Assembly: GCA_002299125.1 (NCBI GenBank)
Contig: DBNU01000178.1
Coordinates: 735 to 41,560 of the forward strand
Origin: Proteobacteria bacterium UBA664
GTDB lineage: Bacteria; Pseudomonadota; Gammaproteobacteria; UBA7966
Length of the DNA stretch: 40,826 nt
Reading direction: 5' to 3'
The notes under the pieces were generated by a model that saw only the letters and a list, made by a program, of their open reading frames with translations, was not told the DNA's origin and ran no database searches. Position numbers and translations under genes: made by a program. Below, in pieces: positions 15,443 to 27,030 of the stretch. How positions within the stretch are numbered: the first letter of the stretch is position 1; each line of letters begins with the position of its first letter.

Positions 15443-17083
15443 ATGCCAATAGCAGACAGGGCTCGAATGTTCATCAACACCTGCACATGGGTACGGATCA
15501 CGTTTCTCGCCCTGCATCTTCTCCTCTCCCTGGCCCCGCGAGCCGCGCTCGCGGGCACCGAGGGCGGGACAGACGCCTGGGTCGATGCCATCCGCAGGCT
15601 GGCAGACCGTTCGTTACGTGAGCGCCAGGCTGCGCTCGAGTCGCTCGTGCGATCAGGCGACGAGCGGGTACTTGTCCTGCTCGCAGCGCTCGAGGAGGGA
15701 CGGGTGGTCGAGACCCCGGAAGGGCTCGTCATCCGCGCGGCCGACGGAGCGTCCATCGACGTGGTCAGCATGCAGCCCGTTGCGAAGGCGGCCGAGGGGC
15801 GCAAGTTCACCCTGAACAATCATATGCGCACGCTGATCGCCGATGGACTCGTCATGGCCAGGGTCGCAGGGGGGGATCGCGCTGCGCGCCTGCAGGCATT
15901 GGAGGCGATGCTCGCGCAACCACCTGCGTCGGTGCCCCCGCTCCTGATTGCGCTGCTCGAGTCCGAAACCGACGGGGCGATCCGCAGGGCGCTGCGCGCC
16001 GTCATCGCCCTGTCCGATCTCGGATCCGGGGACCCTGACCGTCAACTGGCGGCGATAACGGTTCTCGCCGACCGCATGCAGCCACAGGTGCACAACCGCC
16101 TTTCAGCACTTGCGGCGGATGCCGCTGCGGACGCCCGCGTGCGCGCAGCCGCAGAGGCGGCGCTCCGTGCACTCGATTCCAGAAGGCAGGTCAACGCCGT
16201 GCTTGAGACCGTGTATTTCGGGCTGGGTCTGGGTGCGGTGCTCGCGTTGTGCGCCATTGGACTCGCCATCACCTTCGGCGTCATGGGGGTCATCAACATG
16301 GCCCATGGCGAGATGATGATGCTGGGTGCTTACGCCACCTTCGTGGTGCAGCAGACCATGCCGGGGGCGTTGGAGTATTCTCTGCTCATCGCGCTGCCAG
16401 CGGCGTTCCTGCTGGCCGCACTGACCGGGCTCGCCATCGAGTGGCTGGTAGTGTCCCGCCTCTATGGCCGACCGCTCGAGACGCTGCTTGCAACCTTTGG
16501 TTTGAGTCTCATTCTACAGCAGGGGGTCCGCAGTGCGTTCGGGGCCACCAATCGCGCCGTGTCCTCGCCGGCCTGGATGAGTGGATCGTTCTCACCCATT
16601 GATGGGCTCGACCTCACCTGGGGACGCCTCTACGTGATCATCTTCAGCCTGGTCGTCTTTGTTGTGCTCAGCCTGATTCTAAGCCGCACGGGGCTCGGGT
16701 TGCAGATCCGCGCAGTCGCACAGAATCGCCAGATGGCGCGCGCCCTCGGCGTCCCGGCCCGGCGCGTGGATGCGATGACATTTGCTCTGGGGTCCGGGAT
16801 TGCCGGCCTGGCCGGGGTCGCCCTGAGCCAGTTGACCAATGTCGGCCCCAATCTCGGTCAGGCCTATATCGTCGATGCCTTCATGGTGGTCGTCTTCGGA
16901 GGGGTCGGCAGCCTCTGGGGAACGCTCGTGGCAGGGTTCTCGCTTGGCATGCTGACCAAATTCCTCGAGCCCTCAGTGGGCGCGGTGCTTGGCAAGGTGC
17001 TGGTGCTCCTGGGCATCGTCGTGTTCATCCAGCGGTATCCACGGGGCTTGTTCCCCATGCGCGGGAGGTCGGTGGAGGCATGA
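15443..17083 (+). CDS. urtB: Urea ABC transporter permease UrtB, long form, with a roughly 240-aa N-terminal Ala/Leu/Arg-rich helical-repeat extension; copy 2
   Basis: The C-terminal half is a UrtB permease (GLAITFGVMGVINMAHGEMMMLGAY, AQNRQMARALGV). The N-terminal part has a signal/TM segment (VRITFLALHLLLSLAPRAALAG) followed by helical repeats. The start is uncertain between the ATGs at 15443 and 15467. Confidence 0.8.
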   Translation: MPIADRARMFINTCTWVRITFLALHLLLSLAPRAALAGTEGGTDAWVDAIRRLADRSLRERQAALESLVRSGDERVLVLLAALEEGRVVETPEGLVIRAADGASIDVVSMQPVAKAAEGRKFTLNNHMRTLIADGLVMARVAGGDRAARLQALEAMLAQPPASVPPLLIALLESETDGAIRRALRAVIALSDLGSGDPDRQLAAITVLADRMQPQVHNRLSALAADAAADARVRAAAEAALRALDSRRQVNAVLETVYFGLGLGAVLALCAIGLAITFGVMGVINMAHGEMMMLGAYATFVVQQTMPGALEYSLLIALPAAFLLAALTGLAIEWLVVSRLYGRPLETLLATFGLSLILQQGVRSAFGATNRAVSSPAWMSGSFSPIDGLDLTWGRLYVIIFSLVVFVVLSLILSRTGLGLQIRAVAQNRQMARALGVPARRVDAMTFALGSGIAGLAGVALSQLTNVGPNLGQAYIVDAFMVVVFGGVGSLWGTLVAGFSLGMLTKFLEPSVGAVLGKVLVLLGIVVFIQRYPRGLFPMRGRSVEA

Positions 17084-18177
17084 GTCTGCTTCGGCTGGCG
17101 CTGCAGGGGGATCGCGGCGGGACCATCCTGCTGGGTGGCCTGTTGCTCGTGACGGTGCTGGTTCCCATTTGCGCACTGATCGTGCCGGAAGGTTCACCGC
17201 TACACCTCTCAGGTTACGCCGTTACCTTGATCGGGAAATTCCTGGCGTACGGTCTGCTCGCCCTGTCCCTGGATCTCGTCTGGGGCTATGCCGGGCTGCT
17301 GAGCCTGGGCCACGGTGCCTTCTTCGCCCTGGGCGGCTACGCGATGGGCATGTATCTCATGCGGCAGATTGGTGATCGCGGAGTCTATGGGCACCCGGTA
17401 CTGCCCGATTTCATGGTCTTTCTCGACTGGCAGGAGCTGCCGTGGTTCTGGCATGGCTTCGAGTATTTCCCGTGGGCCATGGCTGCTGCGCTGCTCGTTC
17501 CGGGCGTGTTGGCGGGCGTTCTCGGGTGGTTCGCCTTCAGATCGAGGGTCTCTGGAGTCTATTTCTCGATCATCACGCAGGCCGTCACCTACGCCCTGGC
17601 ACTCGCCTTCTACATGAATGAACTGGGCTTCGGTGGCAATAATGGATTGACGGACTTCAAGGACATACTCGGTGCCTCACTGAGTGCGCCATCGACGCGC
17701 GTTGCACTCTGCGTGGCAACGGCCTTGGCGCTCGCCATGAGCTATATCGTGATCCGCATGCTGCTCGTGTCGCGCTTCGGTGAGGTCTTGATTGCTGCGC
17801 GTGACGCTGATGGACGCGTGCGTTTCCTTGGCTATCGCGCCCATCACTTCAAGCTCATGGCCTTCGTGCTCTCGGCCATGGTAGCCGGTCTCGCGGGAGC
17901 CCTGTTCGTGCCGCAGGTGGGCATCATCAATCCACGTGAATTCGAACCACTGAGCTCGATCGAGATCGTCATCTGGGTTGCCGTGGGTGGGCGGGCATCT
18001 CTGCATGGGGCCGTGTTTGGCGCGATCATCGTCAATCTGCTGAAAACCTGGTTCACGGCGCAGATGCCCGATCAGTGGTTGTTCCTGTTGGGCGCGCTGT
18101 TCGTTCTGGCCACACTTTATCTTCCACGCGGGCTGGTCGGCCTGCGTATGGCGCGCAAACGGGCACTCGCCGCATGA
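17080..18177 (+). CDS. urtC: Urea ABC transporter permease UrtC, copy 2
   Basis: Motifs GLLSLGHGAFFALGGY and AARDADGRVRFLGY. ATGA overlap with the urtB2 stop. Confidence 0.9.
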   Translation: MSLLRLALQGDRGGTILLGGLLLVTVLVPICALIVPEGSPLHLSGYAVTLIGKFLAYGLLALSLDLVWGYAGLLSLGHGAFFALGGYAMGMYLMRQIGDRGVYGHPVLPDFMVFLDWQELPWFWHGFEYFPWAMAAALLVPGVLAGVLGWFAFRSRVSGVYFSIITQAVTYALALAFYMNELGFGGNNGLTDFKDILGASLSAPSTRVALCVATALALAMSYIVIRMLLVSRFGEVLIAARDADGRVRFLGYRAHHFKLMAFVLSAMVAGLAGALFVPQVGIINPREFEPLSSIEIVIWVAVGGRASLHGAVFGAIIVNLLKTWFTAQMPDQWLFLLGALFVLATLYLPRGLVGLRMARKRALAA

Positions 18178-19001
18178 CACTGACTGACGGAGTGTCAGTG
18201 AATGCTGGCGCGACCCTCGCCGACGGCACCAGCCATCCGGTCAAGCCAGGGCTAGACCTCTCCCACGGTGTGCTGCTCTATCTCGAGGGGATCACCAAGT
18301 CATTCGACGGCTTTCGCGCCCTGGACGACCTCACTCTGACGATCGACGCCGGGGAGCTCCGTTGCATCATCGGACCGAATGGAGCGGGAAAGTCCACGCT
18401 GATGGATGTGATCACCGGCAAGACCCGTCCGGATGCGGGGCGGGCCTGGCTAGGACAGACCATCGACCTCCTGCGGCTGAGTGAGGCCGATATCGCTCGC
18501 GCCGGGATCGGGCGGAAGTTTCAGCGACCGACCGTCTTCGAGGCGCTTACTGTGGAGACCAACCTGCAGATCGCCTGCGCTGGGCAGCGGGGAGTGTGGG
18601 CCACGATGATGCGTCGGCCAACACCGGCGGAGCGGACGGCGATGGAGCAGGTAATCGAGACCGTGGGCTTGACGGCCGAGCGGCATCGCTTGGCGGGCAC
18701 CCTGTCGCATGGCCAGAAACAGTGGCTGGAGATCGGGATGCTGCTCGGCAGCCGTCCCCAGCTCTTGCTTCTTGATGAGCCGGTTGCCGGCATGACGCCT
18801 GGCGAGATCGAGGCTACGGCGCGTTTGCTGCAACAGCTCGCCGGCGAGCACACGGTGGTCGTGGTCGAGCACGACATGGAGTTCGTCCGCGCGATCGCCC
18901 GGCGGGTCACTGTTCTGCATGCGGGCAGCGTTCTCGCGGAGGGCGATATGGCCAAGGTGCAGTCTGATCCGCGGGTGATCGAGGTCTATCTCGGTGGCTG
19001 A
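18174..19001 (+). CDS. urtD: Urea ABC transporter ATP-binding protein UrtD, copy 2
   Basis: Walker A GPNGAGKST, LSHGQKQWLEIGMLL, Walker B LLLLDEP. The start ATG at 18174 overlaps the urtC2 stop. Confidence 0.85.
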   Translation: MTLTDGVSVNAGATLADGTSHPVKPGLDLSHGVLLYLEGITKSFDGFRALDDLTLTIDAGELRCIIGPNGAGKSTLMDVITGKTRPDAGRAWLGQTIDLLRLSEADIARAGIGRKFQRPTVFEALTVETNLQIACAGQRGVWATMMRRPTPAERTAMEQVIETVGLTAERHRLAGTLSHGQKQWLEIGMLLGSRPQLLLLDEPVAGMTPGEIEATARLLQQLAGEHTVVVVEHDMEFVRAIARRVTVLHAGSVLAEGDMAKVQSDPRVIEVYLGG

Positions 19002-19707
19002 GGATCGGGGTTTCCCGTTACTGCGGCTGCAGGATTTGTCCCACTACTATGGGGACAGCCGCACGCTCTGGGACATCACGCTGCAGCTCGATGTGGGGGA
19101 TTGTCTGTGCCTGCTCGGTCGCAACGGGGTCGGCAAGACATCCCTCGCTCGCTGCATTCTGGGCTTGGAGTCCACCAGCGGAGGCCGGATCGATCTCTGT
19201 GGAGAGGACATTACTCGCTTGGGGGTGGAGCAGCGCGTTCGACGTGGTATCGGCTATGTGCCGCAGGGGCGTGAGATCTTTCCGCGACTGACGGTTGAGG
19301 AGAATCTGCTTCTGCCCCTGACAGAGCGCAGGGGCAACGGCATTCCGGAGATCGTGCACGAACTCTTCCCGGTGCTCCACCAGATGCGCAGGCGGCTGGG
19401 CGGCGATCTTTCGGGAGGGCAGCAGCAGCAGTTGGCCATCGGTCGTGCGCTGGTTCTGGAGCCGCGTTTGCTCGTCCTGGATGAGCCCACCGAAGGCATT
19501 CAACCCAATGTGGTCGGTGACATCTCCCGGGCGATCAGGCTTCTCAATGAACGCCACGGGATCACCGTTCTGCTCATCGAGCAGAAGCTGGGCTTCGTGC
19601 GGCATACGGCACGGCGGTTCGCGATCATGGACAAAGGGCGGGTGGTGGCGGACGGTGCCATCGAGGCCCTTGACGATGATCTGGTGCAGCGGCATCTCAC
19701 GGTATGA
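18994..19707 (+). CDS. urtE: Urea ABC transporter ATP-binding protein UrtE, copy 2
   Basis: Walker A GRNGVGKTS, LSGGQQQQLAIGRAL, Walker B LLVLDEPTEG. The GTG start overlaps the urtD2 stop. Confidence 0.85.
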   Translation: MAEDRGFPLLRLQDLSHYYGDSRTLWDITLQLDVGDCLCLLGRNGVGKTSLARCILGLESTSGGRIDLCGEDITRLGVEQRVRRGIGYVPQGREIFPRLTVEENLLLPLTERRGNGIPEIVHELFPVLHQMRRRLGGDLSGGQQQQLAIGRALVLEPRLLVLDEPTEGIQPNVVGDISRAIRLLNERHGITVLLIEQKLGFVRHTARRFAIMDKGRVVADGAIEALDDDLVQRHLTV

Positions 19708-19868
19708 GATCGGGAGGCAGGGCGGCACGCTCTACACGCATCCCCATCCTGAGCGCTGGCGGGGTGCGAGCGGCACGAGGACATTCCCTGTGCCAGGAGT
19801 CTATTCCCAGCTTGCCGACGCTGCCGAATTCGTTGGCGTGTGATGACTGCTGCGGCGTGTACTGACCG

Positions 19869-20687
19869 ATGGCCGGATGGCTTGCAGAACTCGAACTCAA
19901 ACTGGCGCGGGGAGCGCGCGGGTCGCGCATCGCTGACCTGCGTCATGTTGGTCCCCTCCGCATCCAGCGCCCATTTTATCCTGAGGGGCGCGAGCGCCCG
20001 CATGTCTATCTGCTGCACCCTCCGGGCGGAGTGGTGTCCGGTGATGGCCTGGATATCCGCATCGCGGTCGGCGCAGACGCTTCCGTCCTGGTCACCGCGC
20101 CGGGTGCCACCAAGGCCTACCGTTCGAGCGGAGAGTCCGTGCGACAGGAGATCCGACTCATGGTCGAGTCCGGGGGATGCATGGAGTGGCTCCCGCACGA
20201 GACCATCGCCTACGAGGGCGCGCGCCTCAGCTCCCGACTCGACGTGCAACTCGCCAGTAGCGCCCGCTTCTTCGGCTGGGAGGTCCTGTGTCTGGGACGT
20301 CCCGTCAGTGGCGATCACTTTTCTTCAGGTCATCTCGACCTGCGCCAGTCCATCGCGCTCGACGGCAGGCTTCTACTCAGTGAGCGCGTGCTCTGGGATG
20401 AGCAGAGCCTCCCCTGGCGCCACTCGCCTGCCATCCAGAGGGGCTGCAGTCATTCCGCCATCGTCATGGCATGGCCGGGCAGTGTCGCCATGCGTGAGCG
20501 CGCGCATGCGCTGGCGGTCAGCAGTGGTCTGGCTGCCGGTGGGGGGCTCGTGGAAGGGCTGTTCATACACCGGGTCCTGGCTCAGGGGATGCCTGCCTTG
20601 CGCGCGCATCTTCTCGCCCTCTGGGCCGAGTTGCGCCCGCACGTCATTGGAGCGGCACCCTGTGCGCCCAGGATCTGGGCGACTTGA
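19869..20687 (+). CDS. ureD: Urease accessory protein UreD
   Basis: UreD/UreH-like sequence ([27 protein letters not shown]). It occupies the first position of the ure cluster. Confidence 0.85.
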   Translation: MAGWLAELELKLARGARGSRIADLRHVGPLRIQRPFYPEGRERPHVYLLHPPGGVVSGDGLDIRIAVGADASVLVTAPGATKAYRSSGESVRQEIRLMVESGGCMEWLPHETIAYEGARLSSRLDVQLASSARFFGWEVLCLGRPVSGDHFSSGHLDLRQSIALDGRLLLSERVLWDEQSLPWRHSPAIQRGCSHSAIVMAWPGSVAMRERAHALAVSSGLAAGGGLVEGLFIHRVLAQGMPALRAHLLALWAELRPHVIGAAPCAPRIWAT

Positions 20688-20745
20688 GCGGGTTTCGCGT
20701 GCGCGGCCCCACCCTCTGCCTGCATGCACTCATGAGGAGAAGCCA

Positions 20746-21051
20746 ATGGAGTTGACCCCACGAGAACGCGACAAGCTGCTCATCTTCACGGCCGCGCTGG
20801 TGGCGGAGCGCCGGCGGGCCCGGGGCCTCAAGCTGAATTATCCCGAATCCGCGGCGCTCATCTCCGCGGCGATCCTCGAGGCGGCACGGGATGGCCTCAC
20901 GGTGGCGGCGGCCATGCAGCTTGGGCGCTCGATCCTCACGGTGGACGACGTGATGCCGGGCATACCTGAGCTGCTGCAGGAGGTGCAGGTGGAGGCCACG
21001 TTCCCGGATGGGACCAAGCTCGTGACCGTGCATAATCCGCTTGGTCAATGA
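20746..21051 (+). CDS. ureA: Urease subunit gamma
   Basis: [34 protein letters not shown] is a canonical UreA N-terminus. GAGGAG lies 7 nt upstream. The protein is 101 aa. Confidence 0.95.
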   Translation: MELTPRERDKLLIFTAALVAERRRARGLKLNYPESAALISAAILEAARDGLTVAAAMQLGRSILTVDDVMPGIPELLQEVQVEATFPDGTKLVTVHNPLGQ

Positions 21052-21070
21052 AAACCTCGCAGGAGAACCC

Positions 21071-21402
21071 ATGATCCCCGGTGAATTTCTCGTGGAGTCG
21101 GCACCCATCGAACTCAGCCCCGGGCGGCCCCGGGTGCGGCTGCGGGTTGCCAATCGGGGTGATCGGCCCGTGCAGGTTGGATCCCATTACCACTTCGCCG
21201 AGACCAACCCCGCCCTCGCCTTTGATCGCGCGCTTGCGCGCGGGCGTCATCTGGATATTCCGGCGGGCACGGCAGTCCGCTTCGAGCCGGGTCAGGAGCG
21301 TGATGTGACGCTGGTGGATTTCGCTGGTGAACGCGCCGTGCACGGGTTCCGGGGCGAGGTGATGGGGCCGCTGGATACTCCGCCAGTCAAGGGGGCCGGG
21401 AC

Positions 21403-21406
<4 letters not shown>
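21071..21406 (+). CDS. ureB: Urease subunit beta
   Basis: MIPGEF start and the [20 protein letters not shown] motif. AGGAGA lies upstream. Confidence 0.95.
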
Positions 21407-23103
<1,697 letters not shown>

Positions 23104-23159
23104 ATTCTGCGCTTTGGCAGGGCCGCACGGGTGCGGCGAAACCGGGGTTGGGATGAACC

Positions 23160-23690
23160 ATGGACACCGCAGGCGAAGGTACCTATGCCCTGCTGCTCAC
23201 GCGCAGGCTGCCACCGGATCTCAAGCTCAATCTGCCGGAGGTTTTGCTCGATCACGCCGGCCGCCAGAGGACGCGCTTGCGCGTCGAGGTGAATGGCACT
23301 TGCTTCGCTGTCCTGCTGTCGCCCGGGCCAACGCTCGCCGACGGTGATCTGCTCGCCGATGCGAACGCCGCGAGGCTGCGCGTGCGCGCTGCCGCAGAGC
23401 CAGTGATGATCGTGCGGACCAGCGACCCTTGTCTGCTGGCACGGGCGGCCTGGCATCTCGGCAATCGGCACGTGGCCGTTGAAATCGAGTCGGGAGGGCT
23501 CTCCCTGCAACCGGACCACGTGCTGGAGTCGATGTTGTCCGGCCTCGGTCTCGCGGTCGCGCGCGACCTGCGTCCGTTCCGGCCCGAGCCCGGGGCCTAC
23601 CACGGTGGTCACGCGCATGTCCTGCGCAACGCGCCCGCAGCCCCCCGTTCCGACTCCCCGTTGGAGCGCGATAGCCGGTATGACCGCTGA
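23160..23690 (+). CDS. ureE: Urease accessory protein UreE
   Basis: Position between ureC and ureF. UreE-like core (AWHLGNRHVAVEI) with a HGGHAH metal-binding patch near the C-terminus. Confidence 0.8.
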   Translation: MDTAGEGTYALLLTRRLPPDLKLNLPEVLLDHAGRQRTRLRVEVNGTCFAVLLSPGPTLADGDLLADANAARLRVRAAAEPVMIVRTSDPCLLARAAWHLGNRHVAVEIESGGLSLQPDHVLESMLSGLGLAVARDLRPFRPEPGAYHGGHAHVLRNAPAAPRSDSPLERDSRYDR

Positions 23691-24369
23691 ATCCCATGCG
23701 CCGGCCGGGCCTTTGGCCAGCCTGTTGCACCTGTCCAGCAGCGCCCTGCCGATCGGTGGATATTCCTACTCGCAGGGTCTGGAGTGGGCAGTGGAGGAGG
23801 GGCTGGTCAGAGACAGCGAGACGCTGCATACCTGGATCGCCTCGCTGCTCGCATTGCAGGTCGCCCGACTCGATCTGCCGGTGTTGCTGCGGATACATGC
23901 GGCCGTGGTTGCGGAGGATCGCGTGGCGGTGCGCCACTGGAACGCGCTGCTCATCACCTTTCGCGAGACCGCGGAGCTGCGGGCGGAGGAGCGCTCGCGC
24001 GGTCGGAGTCTCCTGCGCTTGCTCGATGGGATCGGCATCGAAGCGGCGGCTGAGTGGCTTGCCGAGCCTGACTTCGGTTTCTGTGCGGCCTTCGCCCTGG
24101 CGGCGGCGAAGTGGGACATCCCGCCTTGCTGGGCCTGCGAGGGCTGGGCATGGAGCTGGCTCGAGGCGCAGGTGATCGCCGGTGTGAAGCTCGTCCCCCT
24201 CGGACAGATGCAGGGGCAGCGGTTGCTGGTGGGGTTACGCGGGGAGATCGCGTCGGCGATTGCCGTTGCGATGGGGCTCGTGGATGAGGAGATCGGCATC
24301 AGTGCAACGGGGCTCGCGCTTGCGAGTACCCACCACGAGACGCAGTACACGCGGCTCTTCCGCTCGTGA
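23680..24369 (+). CDS. ureF: Urease accessory protein UreF
   Basis: The LLHLSSSALPIGGYSYSQGLE motif. The start ATG at 23680 overlaps the end of ureE. Confidence 0.85.
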   Translation: MTAESHAPAGPLASLLHLSSSALPIGGYSYSQGLEWAVEEGLVRDSETLHTWIASLLALQVARLDLPVLLRIHAAVVAEDRVAVRHWNALLITFRETAELRAEERSRGRSLLRLLDGIGIEAAAEWLAEPDFGFCAAFALAAAKWDIPPCWACEGWAWSWLEAQVIAGVKLVPLGQMQGQRLLVGLRGEIASAIAVAMGLVDEEIGISATGLALASTHHETQYTRLFRS

Positions 24370-24455
24370 GGGCGTTACGCTGAGGCGTGCGCCCACGGGT
24401 CGGCCTGGCCACCCTGCGGCGGTCTCGCAGCGATTCTTGAACGGAGGAACGACAG

Positions 24456-25112
24456 ATGACACCAACGACACTGCTGCGAGTGGGGATCGGGGGACCGGTG
24501 GGCTCGGGCAAGACCGCCCTGATGGACGCCCTGTGCAAACGCTTGCGGGATGAGTTTCGTATCGCGGCGGTCACCAACGACATCTACACCCGCGAGGATG
24601 CCGAATTCCTAGTGCGCAGCGGTGCGCTTGCCCCCGACCGCATCATCGGTGTGGAGACCGGGGGCTGTCCGCATACCGCCATCCGCGAGGATGCCTCGAT
24701 GAACCTGGCGGCGATCGATGAGCTATGCGCGCGCTTCCCGGATCTCGAACTGGTGCTCGTCGAGAGCGGCGGTGACAACCTCGCGGCGATGTTCAGTCCG
24801 GAACTTGCCGATCTGACCCTTTACGTCATCGATGTAGCCGAGGGCGAGAAGATCCCCCGCAAGGGCGGCCCCGGTATCACCCGTTCGGACCTGCTCATCA
24901 TCAACAAGATCGACCTGGCCCCCCATGTGGGGGCGTCACTCGAGGTCATGGAGCAGGATACGCGTCGCATGCGGCCGGGGCGTCCTTACGTGTTCAGCAA
25001 CCTGCGCACGGGCCAGGGCGTCGAGACCATCGCCCGCTTCATCGTGGCCGAGGGATTGCTCGGCGAGGCCCGACGGCTGGCCGCTGATCGGTCGTCAGCG
25101 GACCGGAGCTGA
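24456..25112 (+). CDS. ureG: Urease accessory GTPase UreG
   Basis: P-loop GGPVGSGKT, plus ESGGDNL and INKIDLAP motifs. GGAGGA lies 7 nt upstream. Confidence 0.95.
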   Translation: MTPTTLLRVGIGGPVGSGKTALMDALCKRLRDEFRIAAVTNDIYTREDAEFLVRSGALAPDRIIGVETGGCPHTAIREDASMNLAAIDELCARFPDLELVLVESGGDNLAAMFSPELADLTLYVIDVAEGEKIPRKGGPGITRSDLLIINKIDLAPHVGASLEVMEQDTRRMRPGRPYVFSNLRTGQGVETIARFIVAEGLLGEARRLAADRSSADRS

Positions 25113-25116
25113 GGGA

Positions 25117-26793
25117 TCAGGCCAGTCGATCTCCGGGGGGTATCACGCGGGCGCGGGTCAGTGCGAGGTAGGTGGTATAGCCGCCGGGCAGGTTGGCACA
25201 TCGGAAGCCCTGTTGCAGCAGGAAGCGGGTGGCGTAGTAGGCGCGCTGGCCGACCTGGCAGTAGAGCGCCAGGGGTAGGTCCCGTGGCAGTTCATGGTGG
25301 CGAGAACGTATCGACGAGAACGGCAGGTTGCGCGCGCCCGCGATATGGCCGGCGGCGTACTCATGCGGCTCGCGCACATCCACGAGGCAGATGTCACCGG
25401 TGTCGACGGTGGCCCAGTCGGCAAGCGGCAGATCGCCGTGCAGGTGATTCAACGCGATCATTCCAGCGATGTTCACCGGATCCTTGGCCGCGCCGTACTG
25501 CGGCGCATAGCAGAGTTCGGCCTCCGCCAGATCGCGCACCGTCGCACCCATCTGGATGGCGGTGGCGATGACATCGATGCGCTTGTCCACACCCTCATGT
25601 CCGATCGCCTGGGCACCCAACACCCGGCCGCTGGCCGTATCGAACAACAGCTTGAGATGGATGGGGCGGGCACCCGGAAAGTAGCTCGCGTGGTGTCCGG
25701 GATGCAGGTAGATGCTCCTGTAGCCGCTGACCCCGGCGCGGGCGAGCCCCTTCTCCGGGGCACCCGTGCAGGCGACGGTGAGCCCGAAGGTGCCGACCAC
25801 GGCCGTGCCCTGGACGCCGCGAAACCGGCTCGTGCGACCGCAGAGCGACTCCGCGGCAATACGTCCCTGGCGATTGGCCGGCCCGGCGAGCGGCAGGATG
25901 GTCTCCTGTCCCGTGACCACGTGTCGTACCTCCACCGCATCGCCCACCGCCCAGATGTGTGGATCGGCCGTCCGCATCGCGCTGTCCACCACGACCGCAC
26001 CCGCGGCCCCGAGGGGCAGGCCGGCAGCGGCCGCCAGGGCGTTCTCCGGCCGGATGCCGGCCGCGAGTACCACCATGTCGGTCTCGATTCGTGCCCCGCC
26101 CGCGGTCTGCGCCACCAGGTGGCCATCGGCCTGCGACAGGGCGATCAGGGCATCATCCAGCCGCACCCCCACGCTCAGCGACTCGAGGTGTTCCTGAACG
26201 TACCAGGCCATCTCGGGGTCGAGCGGCGGCATGATCTGTGACCCGCGCTCCAGCAGCGTGATGGCCAGGCCGCGATGGGCGAGGTTCTCCGCCACCTCGA
26301 GGCCGATGAAACCGCCGCCGATGACCAGCGCACGTTGCGGGCGGCGTTCGTCTATCCAGGCCCGCATGCCGACACTGTCGGGAATGGTGCGCAGAGTGAA
26401 CACACCGGGCAGGTCGATCCCTGGGCAGTTGATGCGTATCGGTGTCGCGCCCGGTGCGAGGACCAGGGCGTCGTAGTGCTCGTCCTGCTCGCTGTCCGTC
26501 TCGAGATTGCGCACCCGGATGTGCTTCAGGCTGCGGTTGATCGCCACCACTTCGTGCCGAACGCGCACGTCGATATTGAAGTGGTCGCGGAACAGCGCGG
26601 GAGAAGCCACCAGCAGGGAATCGGCCTCGCGGATGACGTCGCCGACATGGTAGGGCAGACCGCAGTTGGCGAAGGAGACATGCGCGCCGCGCTCGAAGAG
26701 GATGATCTCGGCCCCTTCGTCCAGTCGCCGTACCCTGGCCGCACACGAAGCGCCGCCGGCCACACCACCTACGATGAGAACGCGCTGGCTCAT
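25117..26793 (-). CDS. FAD-dependent pyridine nucleotide-disulfide oxidoreductase of the CoA-disulfide reductase / NADH-persulfide reductase type, with a C-terminal rhodanese domain
   Basis: FAD fold VLIVGGVAGG, redox Cys motif SFANCGLPY, second dinucleotide fold ALVIGGGFIGLE. The C-terminal rhodanese module has active-site loop YCQVGQR. The start is placed at the ATG at 26793 (MSQRVLIVGG), with GAGGAG 9 nt upstream. Confidence 0.8.
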   Translation of the reverse strand: MSQRVLIVGGVAGGASCAARVRRLDEGAEIILFERGAHVSFANCGLPYHVGDVIREADSLLVASPALFRDHFNIDVRVRHEVVAINRSLKHIRVRNLETDSEQDEHYDALVLAPGATPIRINCPGIDLPGVFTLRTIPDSVGMRAWIDERRPQRALVIGGGFIGLEVAENLAHRGLAITLLERGSQIMPPLDPEMAWYVQEHLESLSVGVRLDDALIALSQADGHLVAQTAGGARIETDMVVLAAGIRPENALAAAAGLPLGAAGAVVVDSAMRTADPHIWAVGDAVEVRHVVTGQETILPLAGPANRQGRIAAESLCGRTSRFRGVQGTAVVGTFGLTVACTGAPEKGLARAGVSGYRSIYLHPGHHASYFPGARPIHLKLLFDTASGRVLGAQAIGHEGVDKRIDVIATAIQMGATVRDLAEAELCYAPQYGAAKDPVNIAGMIALNHLHGDLPLADWATVDTGDICLVDVREPHEYAAGHIAGARNLPFSSIRSRHHELPRDLPLALYCQVGQRAYYATRFLLQQGFRCANLPGGYTTYLALTRARVIPPGDRLA

Positions 26794-26839
26794 GGTTCTG
26801 GATCTCCTCGGATCGATTCGGGTTGCGGATGCCACTGCT

Positions 26840-26897
26840 CGCCCCGTCGGTCGCGGATCGAATGGTCACGCGATCTGCGGTGGCAGGCGACGGGGCG
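26840..26897. promoter_or_regulatory. 58-nt nested palindrome in the divergent intergenic region
   Basis: The outer 10-bp arms are perfect: CGCCCCGTCG (26840-26849) and CGACGGGGCG (26888-26897). They enclose an inner 9-bp stem, CGCGGATCG (26852-26860) and CGATCTGCG (26871-26879, one G-T pair), with a 10-nt loop. Confidence 0.5.
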
Positions 26898-27030
26898 CGG
26901 ATTATGGCTGCAACTTGGGCAGCTCGTCAGGCCCGCCACGGCAGCGCGGTAGGAATCATCCCGCTCCCGTGGCCCCAGGTCCGCCCGCGAGGGCAGCAAC
27001 CGGGGCACACCCGAGGCATACTCCCGCGCC

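Noticed and set aside
19757-19772. A sigma54-like TGGC-N9-GC upstream of ureD (TGGCGGGGTGCGAGCG).
   Set aside because: Only the GG and GC dinucleotides fit. The -12 region (GAGC) lacks the TTGC character. The ure genes may simply be read through from urtE2 or use another promoter.
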